A DNA stretch of 63,188 nucleotides, the filler included, from Chiloscyllium plagiosum (taxonomy: Eukaryota): assembly GCF_004010195.1 (NCBI RefSeq). It is 8 parts of one record of this genome, joined end to end, with 100 filler letters (N's around TTAATTAATTAA, not from the genome) between each part and the next. Parts side by side here need not be neighbours in the genome. Positions count along the whole stretch, not along the records: positions 8,196 to 22,862 come from NC_057714.1; positions 22,963 to 27,824 come from NC_057714.1; 6 more parts are not named here. One strand, given 5' to 3'. Under the pieces are notes generated by a model. It saw only the letters and a program-made list of their open reading frames with translations, did no database searches and was not told the origin of the DNA. Shown here in pieces: positions 13,065 to 25,564 of this stretch (the first letter of the stretch is position 1; each line of letters opens with the position of its first letter). Position numbers and translations under genes: made by a program.

Positions 13065-13921
13065 TGTGAACTGCGAGCTAAGAGCTGAAGGTGACATTTG
13101 GACTCTAAGCATTTCAACAAAAGAGAGCAACCAACTTGTTAAGTGTTTATGAGGCCAGGCCTGAAAGCTAAGTATAGGTTGTTTCTTGTATAAAAAGAGC
13201 AGTATGGGTGCTTCAATTCCATAGAGGCTTTATGTTCAAACAGATGACAGATGTTGACTGGGACGTCATGGGGAGACAAACCAGTCTAACATAAAGAGGT
13301 CAGTGTTAGAACTGATTTTTGAACTGCGTTTATGTCAGAAGGATTGTGTTTCTTAAAACTACACGATGGAGCATTGATTGCTCGCTGGTTGTCCTCTCAT
13401 TATTAAATTATTGAAAGTTTGGAGAATAGAGTCACAGTTGTAAGAAGAAGCAAATAATCCTCAGAGTATACCAGAAGCTAGTTACATGCATCTGTGTTAC
13501 CAGAAACCAAACAAGATGCAATCCCATGTGCCTGGGAAATTCCAAATCATGAAAACAGTTGAAGTGAACTGTAATTACATCTCATTTTTTTCTTTTGACT
13601 TACCTGTTAATTATGTCTATTTGTCTGTCTGTCAAAAAGGATTGGGTTTAAATCATAGATATTAATTAGGTTACTTTGTGGTTTAACTTTGGTCTGCTAA
13701 AGTTACTGCATTATTCATAAATTCTTCAATCTTTGTTTACGCTAGAAACCTGGTATGTAGTATTGATTATTTACAAAGTCTGGAACTGGTTATTCAAAAA
13801 CTCTGGTTAGGAACCATTGGGGTCAGGTTTGAGGGCCATTGAATATTTCAGTTTTATTGTGGTGTGAATACAAGGATAGGAAGGCTGATTTAATTCGACT
13901 GTCTGTCTCCAAGTCATAACA
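13065..13921. repeat. Possible solo-LTR-like repeat
   Basis: Begins TGTGA, ends gtcataACA, noncoding; no matching TSD found. Confidence 0.25.
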
Positions 13922-16879
13922 CCATGCTTATCTCAAACAACTATGCTGTTTTCGAAAATGATGGACTCTCAGGGGAATGTAGCACGAACAGCCACGTTTC
14001 TGGTAGCGAGACTGACTCTAATGTGATGCAAGGTACATCAGGTTCCAAGCGGTCGATTGTGTTAGGGGACTTTCTAGTCAGAGGCACAGACAGACATTTC
14101 TGCAGCCAGCAGCGAAAAACCAGAATGGTGTATTGCCTCTCTGGTACCAGGATCAAGGATTTTTCAGAGAGATTGCAGAATGTTCTCAAAGGGGAGAGAG
14201 ACCATCAGGAGGTTTGTTGTGCACATTGGAATGAACAACATAGGAAGGGAAAAGGATGAGATTCTCAAAGGAGAATATAGGAAGTTAGGAAGGAATTTTT
14301 TATTTTGTAAATATATTTATTAGCGAATTTTTTTAACTTCACAAACAAATAAAATTATTGAAAAATACAATCAATAACAAATATCAGTATAATTAAAAGA
14401 GAAAAAACACAAGTTACAATACAACTACTGTCTACTAACTACTAACCTACCCCATAATACAAAACAAACCCTAATACTGAGCAAAGCAACACCAAAAAAA
14501 GAGTAAGAAAAGCAAAAAAAACCCCAAAAAAACCACAAAAAACAGAACAGCTATGCTCGATGCAAAGTTCCCAAACAAAGGAACGGGAGCAATGAATACA
14601 TACCCGTATTAACTCAGGACAACCCCTCCAGGGCCCAGGGCTTGACAAATCTAACCATCCTGGTTAAACAAATACCCTAGTTAAGATAACTGACTAATCT
14701 ATATCCAAATAACTCAAGTAGGGCTGTCATATCTTAAAAAAGGTCTGTTGTGTGTGCATCATTTTTGTAAAAGAGTCCAAGGGAATGTGCTCCATAATTA
14801 ATTTCTGCCATCCCAGCAAGCCCGGTGGGTTCTCAGACACCCAATTCTTCAGAATATTCTTCCGTGCACAGTATGCAAGAATATTAAATAGTTTCTTCCC
14901 ATGCCCGTCTAAAGATGGTAAATTTGGTAGACCTAAGAGGAGTGTCTACTTTGACTTCAGTCCTCAATACCCTCCCTATCTCTCCCGCCATAGTGCTCTA
15001 ATAAACATGAAGCCTGTGGCATGTCCAGAAGCAATGGGTAAGAGTATCTCTACACTTATTTTACATTTGAGGTACACTGAAGATGCCCCTTTTTAAAACT
15101 TTGCCAGACGGCCTGGTGTCAGATGAACCCTGTGCAGGACTTTCAACTGCGTAGCGCATGTCCTGTTACAGATTGAGATCTTTCGAGTATTCTCCCATAT
15201 GTTGTCCCATGTTTCAGAAAAGATCTCCACTCCCAACTCTTGCTCCCAGACCTCACATAACTGGTTGGTATCCTGCCAGGCCCTGCCACTCAGCAGGCGA
15301 GAGAGGGCACTAACTGAAAGGGTGCTTGTGGAGCGTAGCAACATCCTCTATGTATAGGGCTTAGTGAGAAGCATAGTCTTCTTCTGGATGAAATCCCTAA
15401 CCTGAAAAAAACAGAAAAGATCTCTGCTGGACAACCCATATTTTTCAGCTCAGTTGCTCAAAGTACACCATAACCTCCCCCTCAAACAAGTCTCCCAAAC
15501 TAGAATCTCCTCTCGCTGCGCATAGTTTGAACCCTGAGTCCACCATCCCTGGTCGGAACCCTGGCATGCCAACTATAGGTGTAAATGGTGAAGTCTTGGA
15601 TAAACAACCCACGCTCTGATGCATCGTCCTCCACGCCTTGACTGTACTAATGACAATGGGGTTCCAGCAGTGGTCCATAACTGTCCTCATCTTATCCATG
15701 AACAACAGGTTAATAAGAGGGCAATTTGCCTGGGAGGCCTCAATATATTGAGTTTGGATTGTTACCTACCCAATCGCAGACAAAGGACAGCAGGGAACTC
15801 AATTGAAACCTCCTGATGTCTGAGAAATCAACTCCTCCCCCTCCTTGAGGCAACTGCAATTTAGTAAGTTTGATGAGGGGCCGCCCATGATGCCAGACAA
15901 AGGAACCAAACCACCCCATAAGCTCCCGCAGCATTGACTTGGGAAACATTATAGGGAGCATACACATGGGATAAAGCAAACGAGGAAGAACATTCATATT
16001 AATGAGAGATATTTGGCCCAGTCATGAAATTGGAAGAGCCTCCAATCTCAGGAGATAAGTGAGCAAAATTAGTCCAAAATAAGAGATCAATCTTGGGGGT
16101 AATAAAAATGCCTAGGCATCGGAACCCTGCCCGTGACCACTTTAAAGCAAACTTGGAGCCACCTTCAACTTCTGGCACATCCTTAAGGTTCCTCAAAGGT
16201 ATAACCTCCGATTTTGCAAGGTTAATCTTATATCCTGAAATAGCCCCAAATGAATTGATACATTGTATCAAATGGGGTACGGAGATCATTGGGTTCAATA
16301 AAAACAGAAGGACATCATCCACATACAGTGTAATCTTGTGTGCCCTCGATCCCACTTCCTGAGCGGTTATGTGGATGTTCTGACGAATGGCCTCTGCCAG
16401 CGACTCTATCACCAACGTAAACAACAACGGTGAGAGGGGGCAGCCTTGCCAACTACCCCTACCAATCCTAAAATTCCCAGACTTCACTCTGTTGGTGATG
16501 ACAGCGGCCAGAGGGTGGCGATATAAAACCTCCACCCACCTAGCAAAGACCCCACCCAACCCAAACTGTTCTAAGACATAAAAAAGTACGGCCATTCCAC
16601 CCGGTCAAATGCTTTCTCTGCATCTAAGGAAATCACCAACCCCTGATTTGATCGTTGCTGACAAACTTGGACCACATTCAGCAACCTTCTAATATTATTA
16701 GAGGAGCTACGGCCTCTTATAAAGCCTGTTTGGTCCTCTTTAACAATATGGGGCAACATCCTTTCCAATCTCAGCACCAGATTCTTGGACAGAACCTTGA
16801 AATCTGAATTTAATACGGAGATGGGCCTGTATGAGACACAATCCTCAGGAACTTTCCCCTTGTTAAGAATTAAGGAAAT

Positions 16880-17311
16880 TGTTGTGGTTCTGTTGGTGTC
16901 CAACTAGCCATGAAACGACACGACCAGCTATCTTTAGTAGCCACACACGCAGATGACAAGCAACATGAGTTCGACTGGGCCAACACTACTATTATAGGAC
17001 AAGCCAAACAGAGAACAGCCAGGGAATTCTTAGAGGCATGGCACTCATCCACAGATTCAATCAATAAGCACATCGATCTGGACCCAATGTACCGACCACT
17101 GCAATGGACAGCTGGAACTGACAACCGGAAGCAGCAGAGACAAACCACTATAAATGCCGGAGGAAAGATCACAGAAGCGTTTCACGGGAGGATCCCAAGC
17201 ACTGAGAATGTCACCTAGACAGGGGACGAAACGTCTGCAACACAAATGCCCAGCTCGGCGAACAGAACCACAACAACGAGCACCCGAGCTACAAATCTTC
17301 TCACAAACTTT
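16880..17311 (+). mobile_element. Penelope (Poseidon-like) 3' fragment inserted in the L1 ORF2
   Basis: HEFDWANTTII...AREFLEAWHS GIY-YIG C-terminus; exact 13-bp TSD gaattaaggaaat at 16867-16879 and 17312-17324; short inverted copy of its own 3' end at its 5' edge. Confidence 0.9.
17202..17235 (+). ncRNA. Hammerhead ribozyme remnant (G8-to-A core change)
   Basis: GCA-CUGAGAA-U-GUCACC(UAGACA)GGGGAC-GAAA-CGUC-UGC. Confidence 0.5.
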
Positions 17312-20300
17312 GAATTAAGGAAATATTAGCTTCTCTGAAAGATGGTGGTAAGCATTTGTGCATATAGGAGAGATTGTACATCTCCAACATTGGCCCTGAC
17401 AGAATCCCAATAAACTCCGTATAAAACTCACCCGGAAGACCATCAGGGCCAGGCGCTTTCCCATTGTGAAGTTGCCTAGCTGTCTCCTGTATTTCCTGAA
17501 CGGTCAAGGGGGCATTAAGAGAGAGGCCTGTTCCAAGGTTACCCCTGGGAGGTCCAGGTTCTTAAAAAAGGTCTCCATTTTAACCCTCCTGTCCTCGCAA
17601 CCTTCAGACCAATACAATTCAGAGTAAAAGCTCGGAAAAGCCTCATTAATCTTTTTAGCATTGTATGTAAGAACCCCGGCGCTGTCTCTGATTGCAGTAA
17701 TGGATTGGGGAGCATGCTTTTTCCTAGTCAGGTACGCTAAATACTTCCCTCGCCTCTCCCCATATTCGAACAGCCTTTGTCTAGCAAAAGCAAGTTCTTT
17801 CTTTGCATTTTGTGTCAGTTTTGAATTCAAGGCGTGATCCGCTGTAGCTTAGTCACCGAAGGTCGTGCCTCGGCAGCTTTCAACTGCATCTCAAGTAGGC
17901 GCTGCTGGTCCTCCTTCTGTCGTTTCCAGCTAGCTGAATAGGAAATAGCTAATCCCCTAGCAAAGGCCTTAGCAGTCTCCCATCGCAGAGATGGACTACT
18001 AGCCGTGCCTGAGTTGATAGTCAAGAATTCCTGAAACTCCTTTAAAAAGTATTCCACAAATTTGGAATCCTTAAGGAGAAAAGGGTCCAAACGCCAGTGC
18101 CGCAAACCCAGCCCTACACTCTTGGCCTTAACCTCCAAATACACTGCTGCGTGATCAGAGATAGCTATATTCACAATTTTACAACCCATAATCAGAGGGC
18201 CGAGGGAGCCAGAAAGAGGTCAATCCTCGTGTGACATTTATGTGGGTTTGGAAAAAAGGTGAAGTCGCTGCCGGTAGGGTGAAGACATCTCCAAATATCC
18301 ACCAGCCCCAACTCCTCACATAAGTTAGCCACCTGCTTGGCCTGCGAAGAAATAGCTGGGGACACACAAGGCATCCTGTCCACTGTCAGATCCAAAAGAC
18401 AATTAAAATCCCTCCCCCCCCCATAATAATGTGTCGTGTTCCAAAAGCACTCACCTTAGAGAAAGCACTAATCAAAAATTTGAGGGGATACGCTGGAGGA
18501 CAGTAGACATTTAAAATGCCATTTTCCTCCCCATGTATCAGGGTTTTAAGTATTACAAACCGTCCCTGCTCATCTTTCACCTGCTCTAATAATGTGAACA
18601 GAAGATTTTTCTGGATAAGTACTGCCACTCCCCTACTTTTAGTAGTAAAGGATGAAAAGAATACCTGGCCATAACCCCCTGTTGTAATTTCAGGTGTTCC
18701 ACATCATCAAGATGGGTTTCCTGTAACAAAGCGATATCAACCCTTTCCCTCTTAAGGCTAGAAAGCACTTTTTTCCTTTTACCAGGCGAATGACTTCCCT
18801 TAATGTTCCAGGTGCACAATTTAATAAGACACTTAGCCATTTCCCTTTTCAGAGACCCTTGAACCCCTCGGAGGGAGAACCCTGCTTACAATGCACCGAG
18901 CATAAGTAAATAAAGACTTATTGAGTCGAAGAACTATATATATAAAAACTACACTATTATAACTATAAACAACTATTACTACCAAAAAACTACAAAGAAA
19001 ACCAACTATATAACCTTGAATGGAAGACTCTTCCCCCTGCCCATAGGATAATGGGCACTCATCCTACCCATCCCCTCCTTCATAGGTCTTTCAAATCCGG
19101 ACTGTGCCCCAGCCTTAGGCCAGAAAAAAAACAAGGAGATGATCCTTAAATCAACAGAAAAAAGACAATGTCAGGATGAGCACCCCACCCATCCCTGGCT
19201 TCATGTCACCCCGACTTGTGAAAAAAGAGAAACAGAACAAACAAAAAAAAGGGAGAGACAACAAAGAACATCCACAAAATTTCCCATCAGAAAATCCAGT
19301 TATTAAAAAAAGGAACAATGTATTCCAAGGTATTTTCCCCCCTTTCCAAAAAGGAAATTATTAGGGAGAAAGAAAGGAATAAAAAAAAGGTAGGGAAAAC
19401 AGGGGGAAAGATAGAAAAGAGAACAAACATTAACCGTATTCTTGAGGCAAATCCGTCTATTTTAAAGTGTCTACAAAGGTTTTAGCTTTATCCGCTGAGT
19501 CAAATGTATAAACTGAGTCCTCGAGGCTGAAATGGAGCTCTGTGGGGTATCTCATGGAGTACTGGATGCCCAGGTTCCTCAGCCTCTTTTTAACTTCATC
19601 GAAGGACTTCCTCTTTCAAATTACAGCTGCAGAGAAATCCTGGAAAAACTTGATTTTTGATCCCTTGTACAGCAGTGCCTGCAGATCTTTTCCCAGGGAT
19701 CTGGAAGCTTCTATGACTTTTTGCTTGTCCTTATATATGTGGAAGTGCACTAGGACCGAGCAGGGGCACTGCACTGGCCCTGACCTGTGCACTGTAACCT
19801 GATAAGCCCTTTCAATCTGCAGCCTGCTGGACGCGAAGTCATCGATATGGTCTCGAGACGCAAGGCCCATACCTCTCACTCCAAAACCTGGATCCAATTG
19901 GATGAGGGCTCCAACGCAGCTTCTGAGGCCTTAGTTCGACCCTCCACCTCCTCCAGCCGCTCTCTGAGGCCCTGGATCTCCTGCTCATGCTTCTGCAGCA
20001 TGGACGCGATAGGTTGGACCTGGGCACGAATCTCCCCACGGATCTCCTCAATCACAGCCTGAACTTTTAAGGTAAGTCTCTCCATCGCCGCAGCCAATTC
20101 CTGTGAGTCTGTCAGATCCCCGGAGGGTTCAGGAGAGGCTGCTGCTGCTGCAGTCTCTGGTGTTGGTAGGTGCTGCAGGGGAGTGTCCTCCTTGCTGCTG
20201 TTTGCTCACTCCTTTTCCCTTTGGCATCCTTCCCACTCCAAAACATGAACAAATATGTGTTCTGTAAGGTTTTAGACTAATAATTCCACCACATAAGTTG

Positions 20301-20444
20301 GCCAGGGATGGCAAAAAAACACCAGTATGCCTTGGCTGTTAGGCAGAGCTGTCCACAGCAGTTCTACAGAATCACCACCATCTTGCTGAGTCTAGGCAGG
20401 AATGTAAAAAAAAAGAGATCCTTGAGAGTAGTAATATCTGGATT

Positions 20445-21200
20445 AGAACAGAGAACAAAGAAAATTACAGCACAGGAACAAGCTCTTCGGCCCTCCAAGC
20501 CTGCACCGATCCTGATCTTCTATCTAAACCTGTCGCCTATTTTCCAAGGATCTGTAACCTTTTGCTCCCTGCCCATTCATGTATCTGTCTCGATACATCT
20601 TAAATGTCACTATCATGCCCGCCTCTACAAACCCCGCTGACAATGCGTTCCAGGCACCTACCACCCTCTGTGTAAAGAACTTTCCATGCATATCATCCTT
20701 AAACCTTTCCCCTCTCACCTTGAACTCATGACCCCTAGTAATTGCATCCCCCAATCTGGGAAAATGCTTCTTGCTATCCACCTGTCTACACCTCTCATGG
20801 TTTTGTAGATATCAATCAGGTTCCCCCTTAACCTTGTCTTTCTAATGAAAATAATCCTAATCTAAGCCCTGAAGCGTTGATTCTCCTGCTCCTTGGATGC
20901 TACCTGGCCTGCTGCGCTTTTCCAGCAATATATTTTTCAGCTCTGATCTCCAGCATCTGCAGTCCTCACTTTCTCATAAACCTAATCTACTCAGCCTCTC
21001 TTCATAGCTAGCGCACTCCATACCAGGCAATATCCTGGTGAACCTCCCCTGCACCTCTCCAAAGCATCCACATCCTTCTGGTAATGTGGCAACTGGAACT
21101 GTATGCAGTATTCCAAATGTGGCTGAACCAATGTCCTACACAACTGTAACATGACCTGCCAACTCTTGTACTCAGTAACCCGTCTGATGAAGGAAAGCAT
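20445..21200 (-). mobile_element. CR1 3' fragment, itself holding a pLTR piece at about 20866-20975
   Basis: MLSFIRRVTEYKSWQVMLQL...HLEYCIQF; TRGHEFKVRGERF; tail ttctctgttct. Confidence 0.85.
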
Positions 21201-22691
21201 TACTCCCAGTGCTACAAGCTAGTGAGCGTAGGAGTAGGAAGAGAGAGCAGATGAATGTGTGGCTGAGGAGCTGGTGCAGGGGAGAAAGGTTTACAATTTT
21301 GGATTATTGGAATCTCTTCTGAGGTACAGGTGATCTGTACAAGAAAGACAGATTGCGCCTGAATCAGAAGGGAGATTTCCAAGAGCTGCTCAGCAGGATT
21401 TAAACCCATAAGATGGGGGGACCCAAGGAGATAGTGAGGAAAGGCGTCAGTTTGAGACTGGTACAGTTGTGAAAAAGAGCAACTAAAACAGTCAGGGCAG
21501 GCAGGGACAAAGCAGAGAACAAGGTAGGACTGTCAAATTAAATTGCATTTATTTCAATGCAAGAGGCCTGATAAGGAAAGCAGATGAACTCAGGGCATGG
21601 CTAGGAACATGGGACTGAGATATCATTGCAATTACAGAGACATGGCTCAGGGATGGACAGGACTGTCATTTTAATGTGCCAGGATACAAAGAAAATAGGT
21701 AGGATAGAAAGGGGGGCAAGAGAGGAGGGGGAGAGTTGTTTTTGATAAGGGATAGTAATACCACTGTACTTAGGGAGGATATTCCTAAGTTATTTGGGTG
21801 GAACTAAGAAATAAGAAAGGGATGATTATTTTATTGGGATTGTACTATAATCCTCCTAATAGTCAGTGGGAAATTGAGAAACAAATTTGTAAGGAGATCT
21901 CAGTTATCTGTGAAAATGATAGGGTGTTTATGGCAGGGGATTTTAACTTTCCATACATAGACTGGGACTGCCAAACTGTTAAAGGTTTAGATGGAGAGAA
22001 ATTTGTTGAGTGTGTACAAGAAAATTTTCTGATTCAGTATGTGGATGTACTTTCTAGAGCAGATGCAAAACCTGACCCACTCATGGGAAACAATGCAGGG
22101 CAGGTGACTGAGGTGTCAGTAGGAGAGCACTTTGGTGCCAGTGACCATAATTCTATTAGTTTTTAAATAGTGTTGGAAAAGGATAGACCAGATCTAAAAG
22201 CTGAAGTTTTAAATTGGAGGAAGACTAATTTTGACGGTATTAGGCAAGAACTTCCAGAAGTTGATTGGGGCAGATGTTCTCAGGTAAAGGGACGGCTGGA
22301 AAATTGGAAGCCTTCAGAAATGAGATAACGAGGGTTCAGAGAAAGTATATTCCTGTCAGGATGAAAGGAAAGGCTGGTAGGTATAGGGAAAGCTGGATGA
22401 CTAAAGAAATTGAAGGTTTGGTTAAGAAAAAGAAGGACGCATATGTCAGGTATATGGATAGGTCGAGTGAATCCTTAGAAGAGTACAAAGGCAGTAGGAG
22501 TATCTTAAGAGGGAAATCAGGAAGGTTCAAAGGGGACATGAGATAGCTTTGGCAAATAGGGTTAAGGACAATCTAAAAGGATTTTATAAATACATTCAGG
22601 ACAAAAGTGTAGCAAGGGAGAGAATAGGGTCTCAAAGATCAGCAAGGCAGCCTACATATGGAGTCACAGGAGATGGGGGAGATACTAAATG

Positions 22692-23087
22692 ATTCTAGAT
22701 TAAAGTGGTGCTGGAAAAGCACAGCAGTTCAGGCAGCATCCGAGGAGCAGGAAAATCGACATTTCGGGCAAAATCCCTTCATCAGAAATAGAGGCAGGGT
22801 GCCTGCAGGGTGGAGAGATAATGAGAGGAGGGTGGGGGTGGGGAGAAAGTAGCATAGAGTGCNNNNNNNNNNNNNNNNNNNNNNNNNNNNNNNNNNNNNN
22901 NNNNNNTTAATTAATTAANNNNNNNNNNNNNNNNNNNNNNNNNNNNNNNNNNNNNNNNNNNNCTGAAGAAGGGCTCATGCCCGAAACGTCGATTCTCCTG
23001 TTCCTTGGATGCTGCCTGACCTGCTGTGCTTTTCCAGCAACACATTTTCAGCTCTGATCTCCAGCATCTGCAGTCCTCACTTTCTCC
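22692..23087. mobile_element. Penelope pLTRs in opposite orientations on either side of a gap
   Basis: Minus copy 22692-22862 and plus copy 22963-23087, each with a hammerhead core (22758-22785 minus; 22963-22990 plus). Confidence 0.7.
22963..22990 (+). ncRNA. Minimal hammerhead ribozyme core
   Basis: CUGAAGA-A-GGGC(UCAU)GCCC-GAAA-CGUC; the 5' strand of stem I is lost in the gap. Confidence 0.6.
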
Positions 23088-23096
23088 ACAACAACG

Positions 23097-23292
23097 AGCA
23101 CCCGAGCTACAAATCTTCTCCCAAACTTTGGCCACAACATCGTAGCCCCAAGTACTGATCCATGCTCCAAGTTCATCACTCTTATTTCTGACACAGCACC
23201 CGAGCTACAAATCTTCTCCCAAACTTTGGCCACAACATCGTAGCCCCAAGTACTGATCCATGCTCCAAGTTCATCACTCTTATTTCTGACAC
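23097..23292 (+). repeat. Exact 98-bp tandem duplication
   Basis: 23097-23194 = 23195-23292; the unit joins a Penelope tail to CR1 sequence. Confidence 0.9.
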
Positions 23293-24350
23293 TCCTTGCA
23301 TTAAAGCAGACACTTTAACCAATCCCTTTGTTTCATCACATGAAAAACCTTCCCAGTAGAATCACTACATCCTGTCACTCCTCCATCTACAACTACCCTC
23401 TTCTCAGGATGTGTAGGTCTGGTTCCTAGGCCCTACCAAACTAGTTTAGACCCTCCCGAATCACACGAGTCAATCTCCCACCCAGGACATTTGTGCCCCT
23501 CCAGTTCAGGTGCAACCATCCTTCATGTACAGGTTCCACCTTCCCCAGAAGGCATCCCAATGGTCGAAGCATCTGAAGCCCTTCCTCCTGCACCAGCCTC
23601 ACAGTCATGTTGTTAAGCTGCATTCACTGACTGTTCCTCACCTCACAGACTCGTGGCACTGTAGCAAACCTGAGAACAAGCCTCTAATCGCCCTGCTCTT
23701 CAGCTTCCAACCTAACTCTCCGTAGTCACTTTTCAGATCCTCAATCCCTTTCTTGGCTATATCATTGGTGCCAATGTGTACCACACTTTCTGGCTGCTCC
23801 CCCTCCCCCTTCAGAATCCTGTAAACCCGATCGGTGACATCCCAGACAACCACAGCTTTCCCCTGGTAGGCCGTCCCCACCAGCAATATCCAAAACGGTA
23901 TATTTATTGCTGAGGGGAACTGCCACAGGGGATCCCTGCTCTGTCTGTTGGTTCCCTTTCCTCCCCCGGACTGTAACCCAGCTGTCCTTATCCTGAATCT
24001 GAGGAGTGACCACCTCCCTGTACATCCTCTCAAATCCCCCCCACAGTTTCCCGGATGTTCCGAAGCTTAACATGTGGCTGTGAGGCTCAGGAAGGAGGGC
24101 TTCAGATGCTTCAACCGTTGGGATGTCTTTTAGGGAAGGTGGGACCTCCACATGAAGGACGAGTTGCACCTGAACTGGAGGGGCACAAATGACCTGGGTG
24201 GGAGATTGGCTTGCGTGATTCGGGAGGATTTAAATAGTTTGGTAGACCTCGCTAATCTGAAAGCCCACAAAGGACTAAACAAAGAGGGGAAGAGAAAACC
24301 TGAAAAATTTACAGACCCTTAGTAAGGTTAGTGGTGGTGGATGGGAGGCA
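23130..24350 (-). mobile_element. CR1 5' part (ORF1 esterase, start of ORF2), rearranged
   Basis: VVHIGTNDI, GLHLNWRGTNVL, VPLSNKYTVL motifs in the minus-strand ORFs. Confidence 0.8.
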
Positions 24351-25056
24351 CCCACTTAAAAAATTCCCAGCAGCCCTCGCTTCTCTCCACCCTCTCTCCT
24401 CCCTGCTCTGTTCAAAATTTCTGAAGTGGTCTGTAGTATTGGATGTTTGCATGCTTTGAGTCAACATAATGTATATGTATTGTCATGTAGTAATAGTATA
24501 AGACTAAAGTTTTTTTTAAAATAAAGCTATTTTTGTACATTTCTAGGTTTTCTTTCAAAGGGGCAAGATATAATTATCCTATGGCTTTAAGAAGTGTACT
24601 TTGTCCTGGATTTTCTTAAAAAGAGAAGTTCATACAGAGGTGCAGAGCTTATTTTCCCAGCCAATAAGGTAAGCAGTTTGTGAGGCCTTTCTTTTTTTAA
24701 GAAGTTGGAACAGCAGAAGCAGCATGAACGGGTGGGGTCAAGCGTCCATAGAACCACAATTTTAGTTTAACTTTCAATAGTTGTTGGGGTTTGGAAGCTG
24801 CAAGACATCACTCCCTGCCACAGTAAAGTGTTTGTGTTCTCATTCGTACGTACACACATAACACACACACCTTTCCTCTTGATGTTCTTTCCTCCATGTG
24901 CATGTGAGACAGTCTACTTCACTGAATTTGCCTTTGCTAAGGCTGTATTTATGGGATGTTCCGAGATTGGAATAGTTGTTGAATTTAGCAATTAAATACT
25001 TATTATTCTGCTTAGCTTTTCAATTGAGTTAAATTATGCCAATTCTTCTTCCCTTT

Positions 25057-25564
25057 TAGCGCGTTTTGAGAAGATTTGTATCTCAAGTTGAGGTTCTGGA
25101 TGTAAGTTTACTCACTGAGCTGGAAGGTTCGTTTTCAGACATTTGTCACGATACTTGGTAACATCAGTGAGCCTCTGGATGAAGCACTGGTGGAATGGCC
25201 CGCCTTTTATTTGTGTTTAGGTTCCCTTGGCTTACTGATGTCATTTCTTGTGGATACAATTTCCTGTGGTGATGTCATTTCCTGTTCTTTTTCTCAGGGG
25301 TGATAAATGGGATCCAAGTAAATGGTATTTGTTGATAGCGTTCTGACCGGAACTCTATCAACAAACACATTGACTTTGATCCCAATTACCACCCCCAAGA
25401 AAAAGAACCGGAAATGACATCACCACCGCAAGGAAACCTAAACACAAATAGAAAGCAGGCCATGCCACCAGTGCTTCATAGGGAGGCTCACTGATGATGT
25501 TACCGAGTATGGTGACGAAAAGTCTGAAAGTGAACCTTCCAGCTTAGGGAGGCAACCGACATCA
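25057..25564. mobile_element. Palindromic (head-to-head) Penelope 3'-end insertion
   Basis: Arms about 25110-25340 and 25352-25564 are reverse complements; TSD tcttcccttt at 25047-25056 and 25565-25574; related to 16880-17311. Confidence 0.85.
25491..25524 (+). ncRNA. Hammerhead ribozyme core
   Basis: UCA-CUGAUGA-U-GUUACC(GAGUAU)GGUGAC-GAAA-AGUC-UGA. Confidence 0.6.

Larger units (their letters stand above)
14297..20392 (-). mobile_element. Full-length degenerate L1-clade retrotransposon (copy 2)
   Basis: ORF1 about 20227-19457; ORF2 starts 18840 (TWNIKG, LQETHL, SDHAAV endonuclease; DAEKAFDRVEW, QGCPLSPLLF, LYVDD RT); imperfect TSD tagg(a/c)aggaat at 14286-14296 and 20393-20403. Confidence 0.92.
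13922..22691 (+). mobile_element. CR1 LINE (ORF1 esterase + ORF2 endonuclease) split into pieces 13922-14296, 20404-20444 and 21201-22691 by nested insertions
   Basis: IVLGDFLVRGTDR SGNH-esterase-like ORF1; CIYFNARGL, GDFNFPYIDW and HFGASDHNSI endonuclease motifs; sequence continues across each insertion. Confidence 0.85.
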
